Below, in pieces: positions 1-9,478 of a stretch of 49,296 bases of DNA; position 1 is the first letter of the stretch; each line of letters opens with the position of its first letter. Both the position numbers and the translations under genes were made by a program. The stretch is taken from NCBI GenBank assembly GCA_963640485.1, contig CAVHZP010000001.1, positions 1 to 49,296 on the forward strand, given 5' to 3'. This DNA is from a bacterium (lineage in GTDB: Bacteria; Bacillota; Negativicutes; Veillonellales; Dialisteraceae). The notes under the pieces are model-generated. The model made no database searches, had not been told where the DNA came from, and saw only the letters and a list, made by a program, of their open reading frames with translations.

Positions 1-77
1 TTGCATAAAAATTCCAGTATAATTTCAGATAACGATTTAATCAGTGGTTCCCTTACAATAGACAGGATTGAGAGTAC

Positions 78-944
78 ATGGATAATTTTAAGAGCTTCAA
101 CGATTTCCGGCGGGATCTGCACAAAGACGAGGAAACTGCTCTCGAAGCGCCGAAGCCGGAGGATACAGAAAATCTATATGTGCCCATTGAGGAAGAAGCC
201 CCGGAATCGAATGAGCCCACCAAAAGAAAAAAAGGCAGGCATTGGAAGGTCAAGCACTCCTATCTCTTGGCCGGAGCCGGTGTAGTTCTGCTTTTTGGAA
301 GCGTTTTCTTTCTGCCCATTCCATTGGGGGATATTTCTATTTCCGGAAATACGAAGCTCACCGTAGACGATGTGATTTTCGAAGGGGAAATCCGCCGGCC
401 TGTAAATGTGCTGCAAGTGAGTGCATCGGATTTGGAGGAGCGGATTCGTCATGATGTGCGTGTGGCCAGTGTGACGGTGACTCGCCAATTTCCGCTGACC
501 CTGAAAGTTTTCGTGGAAGATCGGCTTCCTCTGGCGGTGGTGCAAGGGGAATACAGCTACGGCATCATTGATAAAGACGGCTTTGTGATTGACTCGGTAC
601 AGGCGATTCGCTCTGCCGATGTGCCTATGATTACCGGAAAGCGGCTGGGGAATCTGCTTCTGGGGGATCAGGTGGATCAGGAAGATGTACGGAAGGCATT
701 GACTTTCTTAGGGAGCCTCACCAGCGATGGGCACAAGGTGTTTTCGGAAATCAATATCGGAAATCCCCAGAGCATCATGGCGTATACCCGCGATGGTATC
801 ACTGTGCGCTTGGGCGATGGAAGTGATGCAGCAGAGCGCGCTAAGTTGGCGGAAAATATGGTGGGAGATGTGAAAGCTCGTGGGCTTTCGGTGGAATATC
901 TGGACGCCAACTTGACATCGCCCTTCATCAAATTGAAAAAATAA
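78..944 (+). CDS. ftsQ: Cell division protein FtsQ/DivIB
   Basis: Charged cytoplasmic N-terminus, single TM (YLLAGAGVVLLFGSVFFLPI), POTRA-like segment (ISISGNTKLT...VASVTVTRQFPLTLKVFVEDR); directly upstream of ftsZ. Confidence 0.9.
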   Translation: MDNFKSFNDFRRDLHKDEETALEAPKPEDTENLYVPIEEEAPESNEPTKRKKGRHWKVKHSYLLAGAGVVLLFGSVFFLPIPLGDISISGNTKLTVDDVIFEGEIRRPVNVLQVSASDLEERIRHDVRVASVTVTRQFPLTLKVFVEDRLPLAVVQGEYSYGIIDKDGFVIDSVQAIRSADVPMITGKRLGNLLLGDQVDQEDVRKALTFLGSLTSDGHKVFSEINIGNPQSIMAYTRDGITVRLGDGSDAAERAKLAENMVGDVKARGLSVEYLDANLTSPFIKLKK

Positions 945-975
945 TATTTCGTGAAATATTTCACGAAATATTTTT
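943..975. terminator. Perfect 30-bp palindrome followed by a T-run; possible terminator or operator after ftsQ
   Basis: AATATTTCGTGAAATATTTCACGAAATATT (943-972) is its own reverse complement, followed by TTT. Confidence 0.5.
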
Positions 976-1167
976 GCGATTTATCCTATATGACTGTAGC
1001 GAACTTGCAGAAAGTATTGTACAATGTAAGATATAGTTTGTAGGATACAGCCGATATATGGTGAAGTGTGAATTTTCGTTCTTGTACTACAAGACGGATC
1101 TCTATTTCAGCCAAATCGGTTTCCGAGTTGAATAGATAACCAGAAATATCCCGGAGGAGGAGCGAAA

Positions 1168-2202
1168 ATGGAACAGTCTGAAAATGCTAACATTAAAGTC
1201 ATCGGTGTAGGCGGTGGCGGAAATAATGCTGTTAACCGCATGATCGAGCAGGAAGTTAAAGGGGTAGAATTTATCGCCGTCAATACAGAATTACAGGTAT
1301 TGAATAAGTCTATGGCTGAAACCAGAATTCAGATTGGCGAGAAAGCAACCAAAGGGCTTGGTGCTGGTGCGAAACCGTCTGTCGGTGAAGCGGCTGCTGA
1401 GGAGTCTCGCGATGAATTGACAAAAGCCCTGAGTGGCGCGGACATGGTCTTTGTTACTGCTGGTATGGGCGGCGGCACCGGTACTGGTGCCGCTCCGGTA
1501 GCAGCGCAGTGCGCAAGAGAACTCGGCGCATTGACCATTGCTGTAGTGACCAAGCCATTCACCTTTGAAGGCAAAGTCAGAGCGAAGAATGCACAGGAAG
1601 GTATCGAACGTTTGAAAGAAAACGTAGATGCAATCCTCGTGGTGCCGAATGATAAATTGCTGGCCATTAGTGACAAGAAAACGTCCCTCAAAGATGCTTT
1701 CAAGACTGCTGACGATGTTCTTCGCCAGGGCATCCAGGGGATTTCCGACTTGATTACCGTACCGGGCGTCATCAACCTGGACTTCGCCGATGTAAGAACT
1801 ATCATGAGCGATCAGGGTGAAGCACTGATGGGCATTGGTATCGGCACCGGTGATAACCGTGCCTGCGAAGCAGCGGAAGCAGCAATCAAAAGTCCGCTCT
1901 TGGAACGCAGCATTGATGGGGCGAAAGGTATTATCGTCAATATTACCGGCAAGGACGATCTAGGACTCCAGGAAGTCAGCGAAGCAGTTGGGATTATCAC
2001 CGAAGCTGCCGATCCGGAAGCCAATATCATCTTCGGTACTTCTGTAGATGAGGCTATGGATAGTGAAGAGGTTAAGATTACCGTTATTGCCACCGGTTTT
2101 GAAGAAAAGAAGAAATCTGCAGCGCCGGCTGGCTCCAACAGATTTGGCAGTACAGTTCGCCCGGCAGCGGGAATTGCGGTTCCGGATTTCCTCAGAAAAT
2201 AA
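1168..2202 (+). CDS. ftsZ: Cell division GTPase FtsZ
   Basis: [17 protein letters not shown], tubulin signature [17 protein letters not shown]7 loop, C-terminal [17 protein letters not shown]. Confidence 0.99.
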   Translation: MEQSENANIKVIGVGGGGNNAVNRMIEQEVKGVEFIAVNTELQVLNKSMAETRIQIGEKATKGLGAGAKPSVGEAAAEESRDELTKALSGADMVFVTAGMGGGTGTGAAPVAAQCARELGALTIAVVTKPFTFEGKVRAKNAQEGIERLKENVDAILVVPNDKLLAISDKKTSLKDAFKTADDVLRQGIQGISDLITVPGVINLDFADVRTIMSDQGEALMGIGIGTGDNRACEAAEAAIKSPLLERSIDGAKGIIVNITGKDDLGLQEVSEAVGIITEAADPEANIIFGTSVDEAMDSEEVKITVIATGFEEKKKSAAPAGSNRFGSTVRPAAGIAVPDFLRK

Positions 2203-2285
2203 TGGCAAGGGAGCCACTGAGGAGGTAGGGAGCCCTGATTGAATGGATGAATCAGTGTTTCCCTAGTGCTCATTTCTTTGAGATG

Positions 2286-2322
2286 AAAAGCCACACCGCA
2301 CGAGCAGTGTGGCTTTTATTTT
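2286..2322 (+). terminator. Intrinsic terminator after ftsZ
   Basis: AAAAGCCACAC-N10-GTGTGGCTTTT followed by ATTTT. Confidence 0.75.
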
Positions 2323-2382
2323 CTAATTAACTATATAGGTAATGATCTCGTATCGTTATTCTAATATAAGGAGGATATACCA

Positions 2383-2868
2383 ATGAAATGCCCATATTGC
2401 AATAGCAGAGATACGAAAGTAACCGACTCCCGCGATACCGATGAAGGCGCTGCTATTCGCCGCCGTCGTCAGTGTCTGGTGTGCAATCGTCGTTTCACCA
2501 CCTATGAAACCATAGAGCAGATGCCGCTGCGTGTCATCAAGAAAAATGGCACCAGAGAGCTTTTTGATAAAAGCAAAGTGCGCAATGGCATTGTCCGCGC
2601 TTGCGAAAAGAGAAATGTCACATCCAAACAGATTGAAGATATTGTAGATTTGGTGGAGAGAAGCATTCGTAATGACATGAAGAGAGAAGTGTCCAGTGAG
2701 ACCATCGGCAATATCGTCATGGAAGAACTCCAGAAGCTGGACCAGGTGGCTTATGTCCGCTTTGCTTCGGTTTATCGTGAATTCAAAGATATTGAAAGCT
2801 TCATGGACGAATTGCAGCATCTGATGCGAAATAAAAAAGGTAAAGCTGGAGAGGAAAGCAAAGCATGA
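2383..2868 (+). CDS. nrdR: Transcriptional repressor NrdR
   Basis: MKCPYC...[18 protein letters not shown] zinc ribbon, ATP cone, [13 protein letters not shown]. Confidence 0.98.
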   Translation: MKCPYCNSRDTKVTDSRDTDEGAAIRRRRQCLVCNRRFTTYETIEQMPLRVIKKNGTRELFDKSKVRNGIVRACEKRNVTSKQIEDIVDLVERSIRNDMKREVSSETIGNIVMEELQKLDQVAYVRFASVYREFKDIESFMDELQHLMRNKKGKAGEESKA

Positions 2869-3434
2869 GGAAAACCATAGAAGCGGCTTTCTCTGCCCAT
2901 GAAGAAGCGGTGGAACGCTCGAAATGTTTATTTCCCGAAATCGAAAAGATGGCGCAGCTTTGCGAAGCAGCTCTTCGCAGCGGCCATAAAATTTTGATTT
3001 GCGGAAATGGCGGAAGCGCAGCAGATGCGCAGCACATTGCGGCAGAATTTGTGGGACGCTTTCACAGTGAGCGCTGCTCTTTGCCTTCTATTGCCTTAAC
3101 TACCGATACGTCCATCTTGACCGCCGTGGGAAATGACTATGCCTTCGACCGCATTTTTGCCAGACAGGTGGAAGGTCTTGGAAATCCGGGGGACGTACTC
3201 TGGGGGATTTCCACCAGTGGCAACAGTCCTGACGTCCTCGAAGCCCTCCGGGTAGCTCGTGAAAAGGGACTCGTCACCATCGGTTCCTCCGGGAAGACCG
3301 GGGGTGCTATGAAAGAGCTGTGCGATGCTATTCTGGTTGTGCCTAGTGACGTGACGGCGCGCATTCAGGAAGTTCACATGCTCTGCGCCCATATCATTTG
3401 TCAGATCATTGACGACATGGATTGGACAAAATAA
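2865..3434 (+). CDS. gmhA: Phosphoheptose isomerase (SIS)
   Basis: [37 protein letters not shown] motifs; ATGA overlap with nrdR. Confidence 0.96.
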   Translation: MRKTIEAAFSAHEEAVERSKCLFPEIEKMAQLCEAALRSGHKILICGNGGSAADAQHIAAEFVGRFHSERCSLPSIALTTDTSILTAVGNDYAFDRIFARQVEGLGNPGDVLWGISTSGNSPDVLEALRVAREKGLVTIGSSGKTGGAMKELCDAILVVPSDVTARIQEVHMLCAHIICQIIDDMDWTK

Positions 3435-3435
3435 G

Positions 3436-3948
3436 ATGCAGGCAGAGAAAAAAGCTGTATTTTTCGATCGGGACGGCGTTTTGAATACCGATGATGGCTA
3501 TGTGCACTCCATGGATGCCCTTCACTGGGTGGAAGGTGCCAGAGAAGTCGTCGGCGCCTTGTCGAAAAAAGGCTATCTGATTTTTGTGGTGACCAACCAA
3601 AGCGGTGTGGCAAGAGGCTACTATACGGAAGAAGACGTAAAGACACTTCACCGCCAGATGAATCAAGAGTTTGCTGCCTATGGCGGGGCTGTGACGGAGT
3701 TCTTTTATTGTCCGCATTTGGAAGGTGCGGCGGTCGCTCGCTATGATGTGTGCTGTGATTGCCGGAAGCCAAAGCCTGGCATGATTTTGACGGCTATGGA
3801 GAAATATGGGATTTTTCCAACCAACGCCGTTCTTTTTGGCGATGGCGCGCGGGACATAGAAGCTGCACAGCGAGCAGGCATCGAGGGATTTTTATTTCCC
3901 GGTGGGAATATCAAAGATTTTGTTTTCGAAAAGATGAGTCTTTCGTAA
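3436..3948 (+). CDS. gmhB: D-glycero-D-manno-heptose 1,7-bisphosphate phosphatase (HAD)
   Basis: FFDRDGVLN, VTNQSG, CPH...CDCRKPKPGM, GD..D motifs; start re-called at ATG 3436 just after the gmhA stop. Confidence 0.93.
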   Translation: MQAEKKAVFFDRDGVLNTDDGYVHSMDALHWVEGAREVVGALSKKGYLIFVVTNQSGVARGYYTEEDVKTLHRQMNQEFAAYGGAVTEFFYCPHLEGAAVARYDVCCDCRKPKPGMILTAMEKYGIFPTNAVLFGDGARDIEAAQRAGIEGFLFPGGNIKDFVFEKMSLS

Positions 3949-3977
3949 TAAGATGGATTGGAAGGGAAGAAAGAACG

Positions 3978-4973
3978 ATGGGACAAAAAGCATATAAAAA
4001 CATTTTGATTATCAAAATGAGCTCTTTGGGCGATGTGATTCACGCACTCCCTTCCTTGTATGTGCTGCGAAAAAATTATCCTGAGGCGAAGATTACCTGG
4101 GCGGTTCATTCCGCTTTTGCCGGTCTTTTGCCGGGAAAGCCTTGGCTTGATGAAGTGTATCTGGTGGATCGCAAACGGATTAAAAAATTGTCTTACCTTA
4201 GACAACTCCGTAAAGAACTGCACGAAAGGCATTTTGACCTGGTTATTGATTTACAGATGATTGCTAAAAGTGCTTTGGTGGCTTTTTTGACCGGTTGTCC
4301 GAATCGAATTGGCTATCAAGATGCCCGGGAGGGGAGCTTCCTGGTAAGCCATCCCATCGCGGGAGCCCATAAGCAGGGCCAAATCATTGAGCAGTATATA
4401 GATGTGATGCGTTATTTGGGGTGCGAAGTGTCGGGGATAGAATTTCCGATGAAAGATTTTTCAACGGAAAGAGAGTCGGTGAAAGAAAAACTGCATCAGA
4501 AGGGCATCGAAGGGCGCTATGTGGTCTTGGTGCCTGGTACTCGTGGTGAGAAGAAAAAGTGGCCAATCCCCTACTGGGGGGAACTGGCACGACGACTGGC
4601 TGATGAAGGAATCTATACCGTCATTTCCGGTACCCCCAACGAAAAAGAAATGGGGGAGGGAATCAAAGCCATTTCTACAACGTCGTATACCGTAGACTTA
4701 ATTGGAAAGACATCACTGCTAGAATTGGCAGCATTGGAGGAAGGGGCAGCGCTTCATATTTCTGGAGATACCGGCCCCCTTCATATCGCCAACGCGGTGA
4801 AGACGCCGATTATTGCACTCTATGGTCCTACACTGCCTGATAGGAGTGGTCCCTATGGAAATCCCAATGGCCATTCGCTGCTGGCGAAAGATCCGGGGAA
4901 CGAGAATTGCCGTATGGATACGTTGCCGGTGGATGATGTATATAATCTGGCTATGGAAGTGCTGCACAAATAG
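3978..4973 (+). CDS. GT9 lipopolysaccharide heptosyltransferase (WaaC/WaaF-like)
   Basis: ILIIKMSSLGDVIHALP, FDLVIDLQ, KKWP, GDTGPLHIANA..LYGPT motifs; start re-called at ATG 3978. Confidence 0.9.
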   Translation: MGQKAYKNILIIKMSSLGDVIHALPSLYVLRKNYPEAKITWAVHSAFAGLLPGKPWLDEVYLVDRKRIKKLSYLRQLRKELHERHFDLVIDLQMIAKSALVAFLTGCPNRIGYQDAREGSFLVSHPIAGAHKQGQIIEQYIDVMRYLGCEVSGIEFPMKDFSTERESVKEKLHQKGIEGRYVVLVPGTRGEKKKWPIPYWGELARRLADEGIYTVISGTPNEKEMGEGIKAISTTSYTVDLIGKTSLLELAALEEGAALHISGDTGPLHIANAVKTPIIALYGPTLPDRSGPYGNPNGHSLLAKDPGNENCRMDTLPVDDVYNLAMEVLHK

Positions 4974-4991
4974 TTTCGAATGGAGGAAAAC

Positions 4992-5783
4992 ATGATAGAA
5001 GAAATTACCAGTCGAAACAACCAATGGGTAAAGTGCGCGCTGCAGCTCAAACAGAAGAAATTCAGAGACCGTTACGGCCTCTTTTTGATGGAAGGGCTTC
5101 GTAGTGTAGAAGATGCGGTGAATCAGAAGCGGGAGCGTTGCACCTGCTTTTTGACAGCGCCGCAGCTTTCCAATGACAGATGTCGTTTGCTTCTGGAAAA
5201 AGCCGGGGCCCTGGGCTGGCGGATTCTCCAAGTCACCGATGGGCTGATGAAAGAGCTTTCGGGAACCGAGCATGGCCAGGGCATTTTGGTCATGGCGCCG
5301 AAGAACCAGCCGGATCCGGAGGATTTGCTTTCTGCAAAAGATGGTTTTTATGTTCTTCTTGATTCGGTGCAGGATCCGGGAAATATGGGAACCATTCTGC
5401 GAACTGCTGCAGCTGCAGGGGCGAAAGCCGTACTTCTGACGAAAGGCTGCACTGATCCATTTGCAGAAAAAGCCGTGAGAAGTTCCATGGGGAGCATTCT
5501 TCGCATCCCGGTCTATGAGAATTTATCTGTAGACTTTATTCAGAAAATCAAAGAGGAGACGCCGCTTTCCTTGTATGGGACTGCGCTGAAAAATGCGAAG
5601 CCTTACAAAGAAATTTCTGGAGTTTCTTCCGGTATTTTTATGTTCGGTAATGAGGGAAATGGTATTCGACCCGAATTGCTGAATCTGGCAGATCAAAATT
5701 TATATATTCCGCTGGCAGGGACCGTGGAGTCTCTCAACGTGTCTGTAGCGGCTGCTGTGATTTTATTTCATTTTATCAATTGA
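4992..5783 (+). CDS. TrmH/SpoU-family RNA methyltransferase
   Basis: ITSRNN, LDSVQDPGNMGTILRTA, FGNEGNGI, ESLNVSVAAAV SPOUT motifs; GGAGG RBS before ATG 4992. Confidence 0.93.
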   Translation: MIEEITSRNNQWVKCALQLKQKKFRDRYGLFLMEGLRSVEDAVNQKRERCTCFLTAPQLSNDRCRLLLEKAGALGWRILQVTDGLMKELSGTEHGQGILVMAPKNQPDPEDLLSAKDGFYVLLDSVQDPGNMGTILRTAAAAGAKAVLLTKGCTDPFAEKAVRSSMGSILRIPVYENLSVDFIQKIKEETPLSLYGTALKNAKPYKEISGVSSGIFMFGNEGNGIRPELLNLADQNLYIPLAGTVESLNVSVAAAVILFHFIN

Positions 5784-5866
5784 CATACCAGGAAACTTCT
5801 CCGTTTCCTTCGTGTGTTTTCACATAGATTAGGAGAATTTGGCGCTCGCCAATTTCTATAGGAAAA

Positions 5867-6322
5867 ATGAGAAAAGAAAAAGAACAGTTTTATCTGGTGG
5901 ATCTTAGCGTCCTGCCGGAAGCGATTAAGAAGACAATCAAAGTCAAAGAATGGCTGCAAGATGGGACCTGCGGCTCCATCAATGAAGCAGTGAAGAAAGT
6001 CGATATGAGCCGCAGCGCTTATTACAAGTACAAAGATCATGTAGTTCCGGCGTGGGAAAAGAAGGAGCAGCGGATTGCAGTCCTTTTTATCCTGCTGGCT
6101 GATGAGTTGGCATTATTCAGCAAAGTGATGCGTCGGGTGGGGAAGGGAAATTATAATATTCTTTCCTTCAACAAAGATTCGGCTGCTGAAAAAATGGCGG
6201 CTTTAACCATGACAATTCAACTGGAAGATGATTCAGAGCCTTTGAAGGAGCTGAAAGAAGCATTGGAGAATATGAAAGGCTTGCAGTCAGTCACTGTAGA
6301 AGAGTCTCTGGTTCGTTCATAA
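5867..6322 (+). CDS. ACT-domain protein of the PheB/ThrR family (probable threonine operon repressor)
   Basis: FYLVDLSVLPEAIKKT...EAVKKVDMSRSAYYKYKD N-terminal HTH-like signature plus ACT-like C-terminus; directly upstream of hom-thrB. Confidence 0.85.
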   Translation: MRKEKEQFYLVDLSVLPEAIKKTIKVKEWLQDGTCGSINEAVKKVDMSRSAYYKYKDHVVPAWEKKEQRIAVLFILLADELALFSKVMRRVGKGNYNILSFNKDSAAEKMAALTMTIQLEDDSEPLKELKEALENMKGLQSVTVEESLVRS

Positions 6323-6375
6323 AATTTCACATTCACATCGGTTGTACATCCCCTATGGTACAGGAGGAAATGTAA

Positions 6376-7677
6376 ATGAAAAAAATTAATATTGCACTCC
6401 TTGGCTTTGGCACCGTCGGCAGCGGCGTGGCCGAAACGATCAAACGGAACAGCAAAATGATGGCAGAGCAGCTGGGATGTCAGCTGGTGATCACCCATGT
6501 GTTGGTGCGTCATCCGGAAAAATATGCCAAGATGGAAATCCTCAAGGACGTTCATCTGACTTCTTCTTTTGAGGAAGTGATTGCAGACGACACCATCGAT
6601 ATTGTGGTGGAAGTGATGGGCGGCATCCATCCGGCGAAAGAATACATTTTTGCTGCACTGAACCGGCAGATGAATGTGGTCAGTGCCAACAAAGATGTGG
6701 TGGCTCTCTTCGGACCGGAAATCATGCACACCGCCATGGAAAATAAAGTGAACTTTAGCTGCGAAGCTAGCGTTGGCGGCGGTATCCCGATTTTGCGGCC
6801 GCTCCACGATTCTTTGGCAGCCAATGAAATCGAAAGCATCGTAGGTATTGTCAATGGTACCACCAATTTCATTCTGTCCAGCATGGACGAAGAAGGGGTG
6901 AGCTACTCCGACGCTCTGCGCGTGGCACAGAAAAAAGGCTACGCCGAAGCAGATCCCACCAACGATGTATGCGGTTATGACGCAGCCAGAAAACTGGCGA
7001 TTCTGGCGTCCATTGGTTTCCGCGCTAACGTTACTTTTGATGATGTACTGGTAGAAGGCATCGAAAAGATTTCTCAGAAAGACGTACAGTACGCCAGCGA
7101 AATGGGATATGCTATCAAATTGCTGGCTGTGGGCACCCGCCAGGAAAATGGCATCGCCCTCAATGTATATCCGGCTTTCGTACCGCGGACCCATCCACTG
7201 GCTTCCGTCAAAGGCTCCTACAATGCGATTTATGTGACGGGAAATATTGTAGATGATGTTATGTTCTACGGTCGCGGCGCCGGTTCCCTTCCGACCGCCA
7301 GCGCTGTTATGGCAGACGTCATCAGCACCGCGAAGCATATCAAAAACAATTCCACCGGCACCGGCATGATGCTGACGGAAACCAAGCGCATTCCTTTCTA
7401 CTCTTCTTTGAAACTCAAAAATTCCTACTATTTCCGTCTGATCGTAGACGACGTGACCGGCGTACTTTCGCAGATTGCTTCGGCGTATGCAGACCACGAC
7501 ATCAGCATCAAGGAAGTGGTGCAGAAGAGCCGCATCGAAGATGCCGCCGAACTGATGATCATCACACAGGATACGCCGCGGGAAAATATCATTCAGGTAG
7601 AAAAAGCGTTGCAGGTATTGCCATGCATGCGCCAGGTAGCGAATATCGTGAGGGTTATGGAAGATGATAGAGAATAA
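6376..7677 (+). CDS. hom: Homoserine dehydrogenase with C-terminal ACT domain
   Basis: LLGFGTVGSG, VVSANK, EASVGGGIP, GIVNGTTNFIL, GYAEADPTNDV motifs. Confidence 0.97.
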   Translation: MKKINIALLGFGTVGSGVAETIKRNSKMMAEQLGCQLVITHVLVRHPEKYAKMEILKDVHLTSSFEEVIADDTIDIVVEVMGGIHPAKEYIFAALNRQMNVVSANKDVVALFGPEIMHTAMENKVNFSCEASVGGGIPILRPLHDSLAANEIESIVGIVNGTTNFILSSMDEEGVSYSDALRVAQKKGYAEADPTNDVCGYDAARKLAILASIGFRANVTFDDVLVEGIEKISQKDVQYASEMGYAIKLLAVGTRQENGIALNVYPAFVPRTHPLASVKGSYNAIYVTGNIVDDVMFYGRGAGSLPTASAVMADVISTAKHIKNNSTGTGMMLTETKRIPFYSSLKLKNSYYFRLIVDDVTGVLSQIASAYADHDISIKEVVQKSRIEDAAELMIITQDTPRENIIQVEKALQVLPCMRQVANIVRVMEDDRE

Positions 7678-8587
7678 AACATACATCGTTCGCGTGCCGG
7701 CGACCACAGCCAATATCGGTAGTGGATTTGATACGCTGGGCATGTCCCTGGGCTTGTACAACGTAGTGCAGTTTGTGCCGGAAGAAGGACGCAAACTGGT
7801 GGATACAGAAATTCGCGCCGAAGGGGAAGGGGCAGACCAGATTACCTCCGGCATGGATAACATGATCATCAAAGCCATGGCAGAAACCGCAGAACTGGCA
7901 GGACGGGAAATTCCCGGCGGCAAAATGTACCTCATCAACCGCATTCCTTTTGCCAGAGGTCTCGGCAGTAGCTCCGCCGCTTTGGCATCCGGCGTATTCC
8001 TGGCGAATATGCTCATGGGTGAACCTTTCAATCGCACGGAAATTTTGAATATCACCGCCGACATGGAAGGACACCCCGATAATGCAGCGCCGGCGATTTT
8101 GGGCGGCTTCTGCATGGCACTTCTGAAAGATGGAAAAGTAACGGCAGAAAGCATTGATATTCCATCCCACTGGAAAGCTGTCGTTACAATTCCGGAATTT
8201 GAACTCCACACCGAAAAGGCGAGAGCCGTGCTTCCGAAAGAATACAGCCGCAGTGATGCGGTGCACAATATTGGCGCCGTCTCTTTCCTCATGGCAGCTT
8301 TCATGTACCAGAAGCCGGAATACTTAAAGTTCGGTTTAGATGATTGCATCCATGTCCCGTATCGCCTGGATCTGATTCCCGGCGCAAAACAGGTCATTGC
8401 CAACGCTATGTACTCCGGCGCTTACGGCGCCACCATCAGCGGCTCCGGCCCCACCATCATCGCCTTTGCACCGGCAGCGGAAGCGGATCGGGTAGGGAAG
8501 GCCATGGTCGATGGATTCCACGCAGCCAAGATGAATGCGCGCTATCTGGTGCTCGACTTTGATCAGAACGGCATCATGTCCGTATAA
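7664..8587 (+). CDS. thrB: Homoserine kinase
   Basis: VPATTANIGSGFD, IPFARGLGSSSAA (GHMP), EGHPDN, ISGSGPT. Confidence 0.97.
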   Translation: MIENKTYIVRVPATTANIGSGFDTLGMSLGLYNVVQFVPEEGRKLVDTEIRAEGEGADQITSGMDNMIIKAMAETAELAGREIPGGKMYLINRIPFARGLGSSSAALASGVFLANMLMGEPFNRTEILNITADMEGHPDNAAPAILGGFCMALLKDGKVTAESIDIPSHWKAVVTIPEFELHTEKARAVLPKEYSRSDAVHNIGAVSFLMAAFMYQKPEYLKFGLDDCIHVPYRLDLIPGAKQVIANAMYSGAYGATISGSGPTIIAFAPAAEADRVGKAMVDGFHAAKMNARYLVLDFDQNGIMSV

Positions 8588-8599
8588 ATAAAAAAACGG

Positions 8600-8640
8600 A
8601 AATTCCTGATTTCTATGAGTGGAAATCAGGAATTTTTTTA
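8600..8640 (+). terminator. Intrinsic terminator after thrB
   Basis: AAATTCCTGATTTC-loop-GAAATCAGGAATTT followed by a T-run. Confidence 0.8.
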
Positions 8641-8719
8641 TGCCCTAAAGAGCGTGCAAGTTAAATCGTGTTTTTGTAAATAATGAATTAATCACTGTTT
8701 ACTTATAGAATTTTTTGAT

Positions 8720-8747
8720 TTGAAAAAAATTAATAAGATTGTATAAT
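8720..8747 (+). promoter_or_regulatory. Putative sigma70/sigmaA promoter of hpf
   Basis: TTGAAA-N16-TATAAT in an AT-rich spacer. Confidence 0.55.
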
Positions 8748-8796
8748 ATATACAGAAGGGTAAGCAAGAGCTTATCCACGAAAGGAGGATTTCATT

Positions 8797-9336
8797 ATGG
8801 AATTAACCGTTAGAGGCAAGAATCTTGAGATGACTGATGCTCTGCATACTTATGTAGAAAAGCACACAGGAAAAATTCAGAGGTACTTTGATAAACCGAT
8901 AAAAATTAACGTTCTTCTTCGTATTTCTAACATGACAAAGACTTGCGAAACAACCGTATTTGTAGATGGCGTGATCCTTCGCGGCGTTGAAAAATCGGAT
9001 GATATGTACAAATCCATCGACCTGGTATTCGACAAGGTAGAACGTCAGATTCACAAGTACAAGACCCGTCTGGCAAAGAAGTTCAAAGAAAAGAATACCC
9101 TGTCCCGCCAGTTTGTACTGGAGAAAGAAGCGGCTACAGTGGCTTCGGATTCTGATTTTGAAATTGTAAAGACCAAACATTTCAACATCAGCCCCATGTC
9201 GCCGGAGGAAGCTATTCTGCAGATGAACCTTTTGGGACATAACTTCTTCATGTTCTTCAATTCCGATACGGAAGCTATGGCTGTGGTATATCGCAGAGAT
9301 GATGGCAAATATGGCCTGATTGATGCAGAAAAATAA
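8797..9336 (+). CDS. hpf: Ribosome hibernation promoting factor (long HPF/RaiA)
   Basis: VRGKNLEMTDAL, DMYKSID...ERQIHKYK, PMSPEEAILQMNLLGHNFFMF...VVYRRDDGKYGLI; upstream of secA. Confidence 0.95.
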   Translation: MELTVRGKNLEMTDALHTYVEKHTGKIQRYFDKPIKINVLLRISNMTKTCETTVFVDGVILRGVEKSDDMYKSIDLVFDKVERQIHKYKTRLAKKFKEKNTLSRQFVLEKEAATVASDSDFEIVKTKHFNISPMSPEEAILQMNLLGHNFFMFFNSDTEAMAVVYRRDDGKYGLIDAEK

Positions 9337-9357
9337 AATAGAATTTGAAATTTCTTG

Positions 9358-9389
9358 AAAAAGGAGCGGAATTTACCGCTCCTTTTTTG
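9358..9389 (+). terminator. Intrinsic terminator after hpf
   Basis: AAAAAGGAGCGG-loop-CCGCTCCTTTTTT. Confidence 0.85.
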
Positions 9390-9478
9390 ACTAAGGGGAG
9401 GAAATTTGTTAAACTAATACTGTATGTATTTTGGAGAAGTAGGATTTCATAGATCTGATTATTAAAGGAGCTGCTTTC

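Noticed and set aside
2328..2343. NrdR box upstream of nrdR (AACTATATAGGT)
   Set aside because: Poor match to the 16-bp consensus and not present as a tandem pair.
2865..4973. LPS heptose genes in a Firmicute-type genome as evidence of horizontal transfer
   Set aside because: Expected for diderm Negativicutes; the genes are coupled to nrdR and there are no mobility signals.
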